Assembly (NCBI GenBank): GCA_964395655.1
Contig: CAYNBB010000005.1
Coordinates: 1-58,371, forward strand
DNA from: an uncultured Azospirillaceae bacterium
Lineage (GTDB): Bacteria; Pseudomonadota; Alphaproteobacteria; RF32; CAG-239
Direction: 5' to 3'
DNA length: 58,371 bases
The position numbers and the translations under genes are program-made. Below the pieces are notes generated by a model. It had not been told where the DNA came from. It did not search any database and worked only from the letters and a program-made list of their open reading frames with translations. This document shows, in pieces, positions 18,334 through 28,712 of this stretch. Positions within the stretch are counted from its first letter, which is position 1, and each line of letters starts with the position of its first letter.

Positions 18334-19686
18334 ATGGACACCCCGGATATTCATATCGTCGGCGCCGGACTGGCCGGTTCGGAAGCGGCGTGGCAGCTGG
18401 CCAAACGCGGGATTAAAGTCGTTATCCACGAGATGCGGCCGCATAAAAGTTCTCCCGCGCACAAAACGCCTTACTGTGCCGAGCTGGTCTGTTCCAATTC
18501 GCTGCGTTCGGATGACGGCTTTTCCAGCGCGATCGGTCTTTTGCATCAGGAAATGCGGCTGACAGGCTCGCTGATTATGGAATGCGCCGACGCGACAAAA
18601 GTACCGGCCGGCGGTGCATTGGCGGTCGACCGTGACGGCTTTGCGCGGCTGGTCAGCCAAAAATTGCAGACGCATCCGAACATTCGTTTCGTTTACGAAG
18701 AAATCACCGCACTGCCGAAACCCGCAGACGGACGCTGGATCATCGCCTCGGGTCCTTTGACGTCGCCGGCTCTGATTCAGGCCATTTTGACGGCGGCAAA
18801 CAACCAGTATCTGAACTTTTATGACGCTATTGCGCCTGTCGTTTACAAAGACAGCATCGATTTTGACAAAGCGTGGTATCAGTCGCGCTATGACAAAGGC
18901 GACAAATTCGACTACATCAACTGTCCGCTTGACAAAGATACATATTACGCCTTTATCAACGAGTTGCTCAACGGTCAAAAGGTCGAATTTCACGATTTTG
19001 AAAAAGCCGAATATTTTGACGGCTGTCTGCCGGTTGAAGTCATGGCGGAGCGCGGCGTCGACACTCTGCTCTTCGGTCCGATGAAACCGGTCGGACTGAC
19101 CGACAGCCACCGACCTGACATAAAACCTTATGCAGTGGTGCAGCTGCGCCAAGACAACAAAGAAGACACCCTACGCAACATGGTCGGTTTTCAAACCAAG
19201 CTCAAATACGGCGAACAGGAACGGATTTTCAGAATGATTCCGGGGCTCGAAAACGCCGAATTTGCGCGGCTCGGCGGCATCCACAAAAACACTTTTATCA
19301 AAAGTCCGCTTCTGCTTGACCGCTTCCTGCGGCTGAAAACGATGCCGCACCTCAGCTTTGCGGGACAAATTACCGGCTGCGAAGGCTATGTCGAAAGTGC
19401 CGCAACCGGCTGGCTGGCCGGATATTTTGCAGCCTGTGAACTGAGCGGGCGCGAGGCCGTTTTGCCGCCGGAGACTACCGCTTTCGGTTCCATGCTCGGC
19501 CATCTGCTGGATACGACCAATATCGAAAACTATCAGCCGATGAACATTAATTTCGGTCTGTTTCCGAGCATTACCTCCGAGCCGACTGCCAACGGCAAAT
19601 TCCGCAAAATAAAAGGCGCCGAACGCAAAGCAGCCTACTGCCGGCGCGCAACCGCCGACATCGACAAATGGATTAAACAGCTATGA
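18334..19686 (+). CDS. trmFO: tRNA (uracil-54) methyltransferase TrmFO
   Basis: [55 protein letters not shown]. Confidence 0.98.
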   Translation: MDTPDIHIVGAGLAGSEAAWQLAKRGIKVVIHEMRPHKSSPAHKTPYCAELVCSNSLRSDDGFSSAIGLLHQEMRLTGSLIMECADATKVPAGGALAVDRDGFARLVSQKLQTHPNIRFVYEEITALPKPADGRWIIASGPLTSPALIQAILTAANNQYLNFYDAIAPVVYKDSIDFDKAWYQSRYDKGDKFDYINCPLDKDTYYAFINELLNGQKVEFHDFEKAEYFDGCLPVEVMAERGVDTLLFGPMKPVGLTDSHRPDIKPYAVVQLRQDNKEDTLRNMVGFQTKLKYGEQERIFRMIPGLENAEFARLGGIHKNTFIKSPLLLDRFLRLKTMPHLSFAGQITGCEGYVESAATGWLAGYFAACELSGREAVLPPETTAFGSMLGHLLDTTNIENYQPMNINFGLFPSITSEPTANGKFRKIKGAERKAAYCRRATADIDKWIKQL

Positions 19687-20546
19687 CAACCGCGTTTTCC
19701 AAATCTATGAAAAACGAAAATTTTCCGGTGGCGGCGCTGGCCGGCAAAAAGCTGCGACCGATTGTCGAAGCCTATTACAAAGCGGCCAGAGCGGCCGATG
19801 ACGTTGCCGACGCGTCACAACTGACAGAACAAAAAAAGCTGGCGCGCCTTATGCTGTTTGAACGCAGCTTTTCGGTCGGGATAAACGGCGGCGCTCTCGA
19901 AAACGGCGACGAAGACGCATTCCGGCTGGGACAAATATTTGCCGCGGAAAAACTTGATGCCTCGCTTTATACCGATTTGCTCAAAGCCTTTGAAAAAGAC
20001 GCACGCAACGAACCGATTGCGGTATGGGAACAATTGATTGGCTACTGCCGGCTGTCGGCGGCTCCGGTCGGGCGTTTTATTCTGGCGCTGCATGACGAAT
20101 CTCCGTCCGCCTACCTGCCTGCCGAAACACTCTGCGCGGTTTTGCAAATAAGCAATCATTTGCAGGATATGCGCAAAGACGCCGAACAGCTCGGACGCTG
20201 TTATCTGCCGCAGGACATGATGGCCGCGCACGACGTGCGGGCAAGCGATATGTTTCTTGACAAAAGTTCCCCCGCGCTGAGGGCTTTGACTGCCGAAATT
20301 ACCGACAAACTGCGGCGGATGCTTAAGGACGCCTCCGTTCTGCCGGCACTGCTCAGAAGCCGGCGTCTTAAAATGCAGATCGGCATTATCCTTTCTTTAA
20401 CCAATTCCATGATAAAAAAGTTAGAGAAGAATGATGCCTTGACCTCTCGCATCAGATTGAATCTCGGAGACTGGATTAAGGCATTTTGTATTGGAGCGCC
20501 GCGCGGAATGCTGTGCAGAACCGAAAAGACAGGAAGCGTCTTATGA
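19683..20546 (+). CDS. hpnC: Hydroxysqualene synthase HpnC-like
   Basis: [39 protein letters not shown]. Confidence 0.85.
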   Translation: MTTAFSKSMKNENFPVAALAGKKLRPIVEAYYKAARAADDVADASQLTEQKKLARLMLFERSFSVGINGGALENGDEDAFRLGQIFAAEKLDASLYTDLLKAFEKDARNEPIAVWEQLIGYCRLSAAPVGRFILALHDESPSAYLPAETLCAVLQISNHLQDMRKDAEQLGRCYLPQDMMAAHDVRASDMFLDKSSPALRALTAEITDKLRRMLKDASVLPALLRSRRLKMQIGIILSLTNSMIKKLEKNDALTSRIRLNLGDWIKAFCIGAPRGMLCRTEKTGSVL

Positions 20547-21376
20547 ACAACATTCAGAAAATGGTAAAAAAATCGGGAACTTCATTTTTTTGGGGCATGC
20601 GCCTTTTGCCTTCGGCCAAAAGAAACGCCATGTACACGATTTACGCTTTTTTCCGCCATATTGACGACATTGTCGACGGCGAAGCGCCGATACAGGAAAA
20701 GCTTGATTTGATAGAAGCATGGCGCAAGGAAATCGACAACATCTACGACAAAAAGGTACCGACGACAGACATCGGTCGCAAAATCTATAAAAACTGCATG
20801 CGATTCAAACTGCCCAAAGAAGAGTTCATCCGCATGATTGACAGTATTTCGATGGATCTGCCCGAACCGATACAGGCGCCGAGTCTGCAAAAATTTTACG
20901 AATATTGCCGCGGCGTGGCCGGCGTGCCGGGAAGTCTGTCGCTGCGGATTTTCGGCTGCAATGACGAAAACATCATTGAAGAACTGTCCTCTTCCCTCGG
21001 AACGGCACTGCAAATTACCAACATTTTGCGCGACGTCAAAGAAGACGCAATGGTTCAGCGTCTGTACATCCCCAAAGAATTTCTGGAAAAAGCCGGCATT
21101 CAGGCGACTGATCCGCTGAGCGTGGTGGTTAACAAGAATCTGGCTTTGGCGCGGGAAGAACTGGCTCGGATTGCCGGAAAATGTTATGATACGGCTTTTG
21201 AAATACTGAAAAAACTTGATAAAAAGACAGCCCGACCGGTTCGCGCAATCGCCTATATCTACAAACGCTATTTTGACATTATGCAAAACCGCGGCTGGGA
21301 AGTAATCTCGCCCAAACCGCATCTGAGCCGGCCGCTTAAGCTCTGCCTGGCTCTCAAAGCCTTTTTCGGAAAATAG
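20543..21376 (+). CDS. hpnD: Presqualene diphosphate synthase HpnD
   Basis: SGTSFFWGMRLLP, DDIVD, YCRGVAG, ALQITNILRDVKEDA, RLYIP; ATGA overlap with hpnC. Confidence 0.9.
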   Translation: MNNIQKMVKKSGTSFFWGMRLLPSAKRNAMYTIYAFFRHIDDIVDGEAPIQEKLDLIEAWRKEIDNIYDKKVPTTDIGRKIYKNCMRFKLPKEEFIRMIDSISMDLPEPIQAPSLQKFYEYCRGVAGVPGSLSLRIFGCNDENIIEELSSSLGTALQITNILRDVKEDAMVQRLYIPKEFLEKAGIQATDPLSVVVNKNLALAREELARIAGKCYDTAFEILKKLDKKTARPVRAIAYIYKRYFDIMQNRGWEVISPKPHLSRPLKLCLALKAFFGK

Positions 21377-21379
21377 CCC

Positions 21380-22465
21380 ATGAATAAGGCAATCCCGACA
21401 TATCATATCATCGGAGCCGGCATCGCCGGCTTGGCCTGTGCGTATGAACTCAAACGCAAAAATCCGAACGCCCGCATTGTCGTTTATGAAGCGAGCGACA
21501 AAATCGGCGGCCGCGCCTATTCCTACCAGGACAAGGACATGGGACGGCGGCTTGACAACGCGACGCATGTCGTGATCGGCGCCAATAAAAACATGGCGCG
21601 TTTCATTAACGACGGAGAATGGGAAAAATACGCCTTTTTCTGGGACGTCGAACAAGACAACCTGTCCGGTCAGCATCAGCGTTTTCTGGCGCATATTCTG
21701 AAATCAATGTGCAATACGCCCCCTTCGCAGATTGCCCGCGACGTTATCCGCAAAATTTTGTGGCTGACTTTTCCGTGGACACGCAAAAAACGCCGCATTT
21801 ATTATTCAAAACAGGATTTGTCACAAAAATTTGCCAATTTTTTTCTCGGTTCGGTCGACGAACTCAAATTAAATCATAAACTTTTGAAGATTGACAGCCT
21901 GTTCGGCCGAGCCGCTCAGCTCGACTTCGGTAACGAACTGGTGGAGATCGGTTCCGAGGACATGGTCTTTGCCGCTCTGGACAACCGCGGCTACGCCAAA
22001 TTGTTTAACGAGCCGGAATTGCCGCATCATTCAATTATTAACATCGTCTATCAGACTTCTCAAAAAATCAATCTGCCCAAGGCGGCTTCTTTTGTCGGCG
22101 TCATCAACGGACTGTCCGACTGGATTTTTGTCAATGACGACATTCTGACGGTGACGATTTCCGCCGCCGACAATGCTCAGACAGATTTGCAGGAACTGGC
22201 TCGCCGCATCTGGAAGGAAATTGACAAGCTGCGCGGCGTCAACTCGGCCTTTGTTCCCGCCTTTAAGGTAAGCTGCCACAAGCACGCCACAATCGCCCAG
22301 ACCGAAGAGACCAACGTGCTGCGGCCGTTTTCGGCACAGGGACGATATCCCAACCTGTTTATTGCCGGCGACTGGACCATGCAAAATTATCCGTGCTGTC
22401 TGGAAGCTGCTTATTTATCGGCAAAACGCGCCGTCAAAACGGCTCTTAAGACTAAAAAGCCATAA
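21380..22465 (+). CDS. hpnE: Hydroxysqualene dehydroxylase HpnE-like flavoprotein
   Basis: GAGIAGLACA, GGRAYSY.D....LDNATH, AGDWT...P..LEAA; follows hpnCD. Confidence 0.8.
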   Translation: MNKAIPTYHIIGAGIAGLACAYELKRKNPNARIVVYEASDKIGGRAYSYQDKDMGRRLDNATHVVIGANKNMARFINDGEWEKYAFFWDVEQDNLSGQHQRFLAHILKSMCNTPPSQIARDVIRKILWLTFPWTRKKRRIYYSKQDLSQKFANFFLGSVDELKLNHKLLKIDSLFGRAAQLDFGNELVEIGSEDMVFAALDNRGYAKLFNEPELPHHSIINIVYQTSQKINLPKAASFVGVINGLSDWIFVNDDILTVTISAADNAQTDLQELARRIWKEIDKLRGVNSAFVPAFKVSCHKHATIAQTEETNVLRPFSAQGRYPNLFIAGDWTMQNYPCCLEAAYLSAKRAVKTALKTKKP

Positions 22466-22699
22466 TTTTACAAAAAAAATTTCGCTTACATTCAAAACGT
22501 CAGCAAAAATCAAGACAAATTTTTTGTTTTTTGTCTATTTTAGGTATTGCACACGCGATTAAATAATGATATATTCCGTGTCATTGAAAAAAATTATTAT
22601 GACTACGGATTGTAAAAAGAGGCTAATAAGCTTTACCGAGTCATTTGAAATAGAAAACAACCGCTAACAACAATAATAACATTTAAATTTTCTAAACTT

Positions 22700-24121
22700 A
22701 TGAATGCAATGACTTATGTAATTCCGGGAGTGATCCTTGTTGTTCTGGTAATCGTGTTCTTCTTCGCGAAGTGGATCTTTTCTCTGCGCCGCGTCGTACC
22801 GACAAATGAAGTGCACATCGTGCGCCGCGGGAAAAACACCCTCGTCTACGGAACCCCCGAACGCGGCAATGCCGAACAGGCAAAGCAGTTCTGCGGCAAC
22901 AGCTATTATCAGTTCCCGATCTCCATCCCCGTGCTCGGCGTCAGCGTGACCGTCATGCCGCTTTCAATCTTCGGCATCGACATCAACGACTACGAAGCTT
23001 TCGACAAGGAACGCGTGCCGTTTGTGGTCGACATTCAGAGCTTCTTCCGAATTTCGGACTATGAAGTCGCCGCATCGCGCATCAACCGCATCGACGAGCT
23101 CAAGAAACAGCTCTTAAGCATCGTGCAGGGCGCCGTTCGTTCGATCCTCGCCAAGGACTTCCTCAACGAAATCATGGGCGAGCGCTCCAAGTACGGACAG
23201 CAGTTCACCGACGAGGTCAAAGACGAGCTCAAATCATGGGGCGTCGAGACCGTCAAAAACATCGAACTGATGGACGTACGCGACGCCAAAGGCGAAGAGG
23301 TGATTTCTAATATAATGAAGAAAAAGAAATCAGAAATCGAAAAGGAATCCCGTATCGCCGTCGCCGAGAACAACCAGCAGGCTCGCGAAGCGGAAATCCA
23401 GGCCGAACGCGAAATTGCCCTCAAAGAACAGGACAAGGAAAAAGAAGTCGGACTGCGCCGCGCAACAGTCAGCAAGGAAGTCGGCATTGCCGATGAACAA
23501 TCCGCGCAGGCTGTGAAGGAACAGGCCAAGATCACCAAAGAGCGTGAGATGGAAGTCGCCAAAGTCGGTGCCATCAAACAGGCAGAAATCGACAAGGAAC
23601 AGACCATCATCAATGCCGAGGCAAAGAGACGCGAAACCGAGATCAACGCCGAAGCCGACAAGAAAAAACGCGAACTTGAAGCCGAGGCCGAACTGATTCA
23701 GACGACCAAAACTGCCGACGGTAAGCTGATTACGGCAACCAAGAACTCCGAGGGTATCAAACTCGAAGGAGACGCCAAGGCTGAAGCCGAGAAGAAGATG
23801 CAGCTCGCATCCGTCGAAGCTCAGCTCACGCTGGCTAAGGAAATCGGCGAGAACGAGGGCTACCAAAGCTACCTCGTGCAGATTCGCCAAGTGGAAGCCA
23901 ACGAGAAAGTCGGTCTGGCTCAGGCAGAGAACATCAAGGGCGCTGACATCCGCATCATCGCCGGTGCCGGTGATGTAACGGGCGGTATCAGCAACGCAAT
24001 GGGTGCTCTGTCTCCGAAAGGCGGCTTCAACATCGCCGGCGCCATCGAGGCTCTCGCAGCAACCGAAGGCGGACAGGCTCTGCTCAGCAAGCTCGGCATC
24101 GGAACTCCCGCTGCAAAGTAA
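22700..24121 (+). CDS. Flotillin/SPFH (band 7) family protein
   Basis: N-terminal TM, RRVVPTNEVHIV, VRSILA, long EA/EK-rich coiled coil. Confidence 0.9.
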   Translation: MNAMTYVIPGVILVVLVIVFFFAKWIFSLRRVVPTNEVHIVRRGKNTLVYGTPERGNAEQAKQFCGNSYYQFPISIPVLGVSVTVMPLSIFGIDINDYEAFDKERVPFVVDIQSFFRISDYEVAASRINRIDELKKQLLSIVQGAVRSILAKDFLNEIMGERSKYGQQFTDEVKDELKSWGVETVKNIELMDVRDAKGEEVISNIMKKKKSEIEKESRIAVAENNQQAREAEIQAEREIALKEQDKEKEVGLRRATVSKEVGIADEQSAQAVKEQAKITKEREMEVAKVGAIKQAEIDKEQTIINAEAKRRETEINAEADKKKRELEAEAELIQTTKTADGKLITATKNSEGIKLEGDAKAEAEKKMQLASVEAQLTLAKEIGENEGYQSYLVQIRQVEANEKVGLAQAENIKGADIRIIAGAGDVTGGISNAMGALSPKGGFNIAGAIEALAATEGGQALLSKLGIGTPAAK

Positions 24122-24140
24122 CGCTTAACCCTCTCCAATC

Positions 24141-24185
24141 GAAAGCCCTCTTCTGCTCACCGCAGAGAAGGGCTTTCCTTTTTTT
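24141..24185 (+). terminator. Intrinsic terminator
   Basis: GAAAGCCCT..TCTGC-TCACC-GCAGA..AGGGCTTTC followed by a T7 run. Confidence 0.8.
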
Positions 24186-24189
24186 AGAA

Positions 24190-24876
24190 CTAATAGTCCA
24201 TCAGCTCAAGCATCTCGTCAACCAGATTAGCGGTGCCGTCAGCCACTTCTTTCATTGATTTTGCCAGCATATAGCACGGTGTCGTCACAATTTTGTGTTC
24301 CGCATCGACGCAGACTTCGGTTGCGCCTTTGTTTTCGTGTTCCGCCCCCATTTTGGCAATGCCGGCGGCAACGTTTTTATCATTTCCGACCGTGATTTTG
24401 ATATGCTCTTTGCCCAAAACGCGTGCCAAGACCACAGGCGCGATACACATTGCACCGATCACCAGCCCCTGACGATAACTTTCTTCCAAGGCGCGGCGGA
24501 CTTCCTGATTAATGTCGCACCCGGCGCCTTTGACCGCAAAGTCGCTGAGGTTCAGAGCCGCGCCGAAACCGCCCGGAAAAACGATTCCCTCAAAATCCTG
24601 CGCCCGAAATTCTGCCAAATCTTTGACATTTCCGCGGCATATGCGTGCCGACTCCGCCAAAACATTGCGATTGTCTTCATCTCCGGCAATTGCCGCGGCA
24701 TGCCCGGTAAAATGGTCGATCGTCCGCGCCTGCCAAGTGTTGGGCGCAAAGCACTGATATTCACAGCCGCTACGCTCAATCGCCAGCATGGTCAGCACCG
24801 CCTCGTGAATTTCCGAACCGTCAAAAACGCCGCAACCGGACAATACTACCGCAAAGCGGGGAGTTTTCATTTCCAT
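24190..24876 (-). CDS. elbB: ElbB/ES1 family glyoxalase (DJ-1 superfamily)
   Basis: AVVLSGCGVFDGSEIHEAV, RNVLAESARI.RG, PGGFGAA.NLSDFA, MCIAP, IVTTPCYM. Confidence 0.93.
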   Translation of the reverse strand: MEMKTPRFAVVLSGCGVFDGSEIHEAVLTMLAIERSGCEYQCFAPNTWQARTIDHFTGHAAAIAGDEDNRNVLAESARICRGNVKDLAEFRAQDFEGIVFPGGFGAALNLSDFAVKGAGCDINQEVRRALEESYRQGLVIGAMCIAPVVLARVLGKEHIKITVGNDKNVAAGIAKMGAEHENKGATEVCVDAEHKIVTTPCYMLAKSMKEVADGTANLVDEMLELMDY

Positions 24877-24965
24877 AAATTAATTCCTTTCATTTTTAAA
24901 ATTATAAGCTATAAATAAGAGTATATAACAATAATCATTATGAATTGAAATGGAATCTATAAATT

Positions 24966-26231
24966 ATGCAGTCAAAGATCGGCACTTTAAAAAACGGATT
25001 ACGCATCATTACATCCGACAACCCGCAGCTGGAAACGGTTTCTCTCGGAATTTGGGTAAAAACCGGCTCCGCTTACGAAAAGCAGGAAGTCAACGGAATA
25101 TCCCATTTTCTGGAACATATGTCCTTTAAGGGAACGCAACGCCGCAGCGCGCTGGAAATATCCGAAGCGATCGAGGACGTCGGCGGCCAATCCAACGCCT
25201 ATACCTCCCGCGAGTTTACGGCCTATTATGCCAAAATGCTCAAAAACGACGCCGAACTTGCGCTCGACGTTCTGGCCGATTCGCTGATGAACTCAACGTT
25301 TCCGGAAGACGAACTGCAAAAAGAACGCGAGGTGGTGGTTCAGGAAATCAAGCAGACCATTGACACCCCCGACGACATCGTCTTCGATTATTTTCAGGAA
25401 AGCGCCTTTTGCAATCAGGCCATCGGCCGTTCGATTCTCGGCCCAAAGGAAACGGTTCGCGGTTTTACTCGAGAAACCCTGCAAAACTATCTGAAGACCA
25501 ATTATGCCGCCGAGAATATGGTTGTCTGCGCGGTCGGAAACATTAACCACGACAGGTTTGTCAAAATGACGGAAGAACGGATGAGTACCGTTCAGCCCAA
25601 AACAAACTTTACGCCGGAGCCGCAGGAATACAAGGGCGGTTTTTATCTCGAAAAACGCGACATTGAACAGGCTCATGTCCTGCTCGGCTTTAACGGCGTA
25701 CCTTATTCGACCGAACAGTATTATCCGATTATCCTGTTCTCGACGCTGTTCGGCGGCGGAATGTCATCGCGCCTGTTTCAGGAAATACGCGAAAAGCGCG
25801 GTCTGGTCTATTCGGTGTACAGCTTTACCGGATCGCATACCGGCGCCGGCATTTTCGGCATTTATGCAGGCACCGGCGCCAAAGATCTGCCGACGCTGAT
25901 GCCGGTGGTGCTTGACGAGATAAAAAAAGTCTGCAACGAAAAAGTTTTGCAAAAGGAACTCGACCGCGCCAAAACGCAGCTCAAAGCCAGTATGCTGATG
26001 TCTTTGGAAAGTTCTTCCTCGGTTGCCGAGATTCTGGCGCGCCAGCATCTGATTTACGACCGCATTATTCCGATACCGGAAATGATTGAGCGGATTGACA
26101 GGGTAACGCTGGACGACATCCGGCAAATCGCGCAGACCGTTTTCTCGTCCAAGCCGACCTACACTCTGCTCGGCGCCATAGACAAACATATGGACTACGA
26201 AGAACTGCAGGAATGCCTGAAAAAACAATAA
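24966..26231 (+). CDS. M16 family zinc peptidase (MPP-like)
   Basis: GISHFLEHM.FKGT, NAYTSRE, GGGMSSRLFQEIREKRGL. Confidence 0.95.
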   Translation: MQSKIGTLKNGLRIITSDNPQLETVSLGIWVKTGSAYEKQEVNGISHFLEHMSFKGTQRRSALEISEAIEDVGGQSNAYTSREFTAYYAKMLKNDAELALDVLADSLMNSTFPEDELQKEREVVVQEIKQTIDTPDDIVFDYFQESAFCNQAIGRSILGPKETVRGFTRETLQNYLKTNYAAENMVVCAVGNINHDRFVKMTEERMSTVQPKTNFTPEPQEYKGGFYLEKRDIEQAHVLLGFNGVPYSTEQYYPIILFSTLFGGGMSSRLFQEIREKRGLVYSVYSFTGSHTGAGIFGIYAGTGAKDLPTLMPVVLDEIKKVCNEKVLQKELDRAKTQLKASMLMSLESSSSVAEILARQHLIYDRIIPIPEMIERIDRVTLDDIRQIAQTVFSSKPTYTLLGAIDKHMDYEELQECLKKQ

Positions 26232-27175
26232 TGTCCTCTCTTTCCGACATATATCTGGCCTCGCCGCGCGGCTTTTGCAGCGGCGTCAGACGCGCCGTCA
26301 GGCTGGTTGAAAAGGCTCTGCTCGACTATAGCGCTCCGGTTTATGTGCGACACGAAATCGTACATAACAGACATGTGGTTGAAAATCTCCGACAGCGGGG
26401 CGTCGTTTTCATAGAAGAATTATCCGAAGCGACAGATCACAGCCGACCGGTAGTCATCTCGGCTCACGGTGCGCCGAAGAGCGTTTATCTCGAAGCGGAA
26501 AAGCTCGGCCTCAAGCTGATTGACGCGACTTGCCCGTTGGTTGAAAAAGTGCACAAAAAGATTGTCCGTCTGGCACAGGAGGGCAAAAACATTGTCGTCG
26601 TCGGCAAAGCCGGACATCCCGAAATTATCGGCACCGTCGGCCAGCTTGACAATGCTTCCCGTTGCCGAATCATTGCCACGCCTCAAGAAGCCGAATCATT
26701 GAAATTTGCGGACGAAGCTCCTGTCGGAACGGTAACTCAGACAACGCTTTCGGTCACCGACGTGGCCGAAATTACGGACATTCTGCAGCGCCGTTTCGGA
26801 CGAATGGAGGCGACGGCGCAAAGCGACACCTGTTATGCCACGACTCACCGACAGGCCGCAATCCGCGAGCTGGTCAAACACGCCGAAGCAATCGTCGTGG
26901 TCGGCTCCAAAAACTCTTCCAATTCTCAGCAACTCAAAAAAATCGCTTTGGAAGCCGGCGCCGCAAAAGCCTTTTTGATTGACGACGTTTTCGAAATGCC
27001 GTGGAATGAACTGGCGAATGTCCAAACGCTGGGAATCAGCGCCGGCGCCTCGGCGCCCGAAGAACTTGTCGGACAGATTCTGAACGAGCTCAAAAAGCGT
27101 TATCCGAATCTTAAGATTCATGATATTATAGTAGCTGATGAGGCGACGGCGGGAAAATCTCCGGCCACAGCATAG
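26231..27175 (+). CDS. ispH: 4-hydroxy-3-methylbut-2-enyl diphosphate reductase
   Basis: PRGFC.GV, HEIVHN, SAHG, DATCPLV, HPE, QTT, CYAT..RQ, NSSNS, GASAP. Confidence 0.97.
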   Translation: MSSLSDIYLASPRGFCSGVRRAVRLVEKALLDYSAPVYVRHEIVHNRHVVENLRQRGVVFIEELSEATDHSRPVVISAHGAPKSVYLEAEKLGLKLIDATCPLVEKVHKKIVRLAQEGKNIVVVGKAGHPEIIGTVGQLDNASRCRIIATPQEAESLKFADEAPVGTVTQTTLSVTDVAEITDILQRRFGRMEATAQSDTCYATTHRQAAIRELVKHAEAIVVVGSKNSSNSQQLKKIALEAGAAKAFLIDDVFEMPWNELANVQTLGISAGASAPEELVGQILNELKKRYPNLKIHDIIVADEATAGKSPATA

Positions 27176-27186
27176 GGAGAGCGGAA

Positions 27187-28254
27187 ATGTCGAGAGCGGA
27201 AGATATTTTTCAGAAACTGATTTATTTCGGCGAAGACGCCATTGACGAATTTATCATGAACCGCCAGACCGAGGAGTTGTTTCTGGACTTCAAACAGGCG
27301 GTTTCTTCCGGCAAGAACTTTACCACCCTGCACCGCGACGACCGCAAAAACCTGGCCAAGGCAATTTCGGGGTTCGGAAACTCGGAAGGCGGCGTTATTC
27401 TCTGGGGCGTCGAATGCTCGCGCGACATGGAAGTCGGCGACGTGGCACAGGCCAAAGTCAAAGTGCAAAATGTGCACCGTTTTTTGAGCTGGATTGAAAA
27501 CGCCATTTCGGGTTGCACAATTCCGAGCCACAACAAAGTCCGCAACCACGTTATCGGCTGCGACGCCAACGGCGACGGTTTTCTGGCGACCTATATTCCC
27601 AAAAGCGACATTGCGCCGCTGATGACCACCAGCAACAGCGCCATTTATATCCGCTCCGGATCCAACAACGTGCCGGCGCCGTATGCCGTAATTGCAGGCA
27701 TGTTCGGCCGCTGCCCGCAGCCTAACGTCGAGTTGATTATGGCCGAACGCCGGTTGGAAGTTCTCGACAATGTCGACGAGGACATGCTTTACCCCAACAG
27801 TATCGACAATCCGCCGGAACAATATGTCAAACTCTCTTTTTCAATTCAGGCTTCCAACGCCAGCAACGTGATTGCCCGAGAGCTTTACCTTTCGTGCCGG
27901 ACGCTGCAAAACGGCGGCGAGTACAACAAAGTGCGTTTCAGCAACTATAACCAAATGGACGCGATTCCGGGCGTGGACGGACAACTTAATCTGATTACGC
28001 GGCCGGATCTGCGGCTGCCGCCGCGCGGAATTGTCCGCTTCTGCAATGTCGAATTGGTTTTATCCCCCTATATTGACGACGATTTTCTGATTGAGGGCGT
28101 CATCGGCGCCGATAAAGCGGCTCCGCACGATTTTCGAATCGAAGTATCCAAAAACAAACTGCGTTCTTTCGTGGCCAAGGCAATCCGCGGCGAAGACGAA
28201 ACGACGGTTTTGATCAACGAATTTTTCAACGATTATATTCATGGGGAACTCTGA
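27187..28254 (+). CDS. Schlafen/AlbA_2-domain protein with unknown C-terminal domain
   Basis: [42 protein letters not shown]. Confidence 0.85.
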   Translation: MSRAEDIFQKLIYFGEDAIDEFIMNRQTEELFLDFKQAVSSGKNFTTLHRDDRKNLAKAISGFGNSEGGVILWGVECSRDMEVGDVAQAKVKVQNVHRFLSWIENAISGCTIPSHNKVRNHVIGCDANGDGFLATYIPKSDIAPLMTTSNSAIYIRSGSNNVPAPYAVIAGMFGRCPQPNVELIMAERRLEVLDNVDEDMLYPNSIDNPPEQYVKLSFSIQASNASNVIARELYLSCRTLQNGGEYNKVRFSNYNQMDAIPGVDGQLNLITRPDLRLPPRGIVRFCNVELVLSPYIDDDFLIEGVIGADKAAPHDFRIEVSKNKLRSFVAKAIRGEDETTVLINEFFNDYIHGEL

Positions 28255-28712
28255 TGCCCGAAATTGAAATTTTTACAGACGGCGCCTGTTCCGGAAATCC
28301 GGGCGCCGGCGGTTGGGGAGCCATTCTGCGTTGCGGCGCTGTTGAAAAGGAACTGTCCGGCGGCGAAAAGGAAACGACCAACAATCGCATGGAACTGACC
28401 GCCGTTATTGAGGCGCTTCAGGCGCTTAGAAAAGAATGCAACATTACGCTGTATACCGACAGCCGCTACGTTATGGACGGCGTCACCGCCTGGATGCCCA
28501 ACTGGAAGAAAAACGGCTGGCGCACCACCAACAAAAAATCACAGGTCAAAAATATCGACCTATGGCAAAAGCTGGACGAGCTCCTTACCGGGCATCGGAT
28601 AAAATGGGTATGGGTCAAAGGCCACAACGGACACCCCGAAAACGAACGGGTCGATACGCTGGCGCGCAATCAGGCCAAAAGTTTCAGCGAAGTCAGTACG
28701 CCTGATTTCTGA
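28254..28712 (+). CDS. rnhA: Ribonuclease HI
   Basis: [45 protein letters not shown]. Confidence 0.98.
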   Translation: MPEIEIFTDGACSGNPGAGGWGAILRCGAVEKELSGGEKETTNNRMELTAVIEALQALRKECNITLYTDSRYVMDGVTAWMPNWKKNGWRTTNKKSQVKNIDLWQKLDELLTGHRIKWVWVKGHNGHPENERVDTLARNQAKSFSEVSTPDF

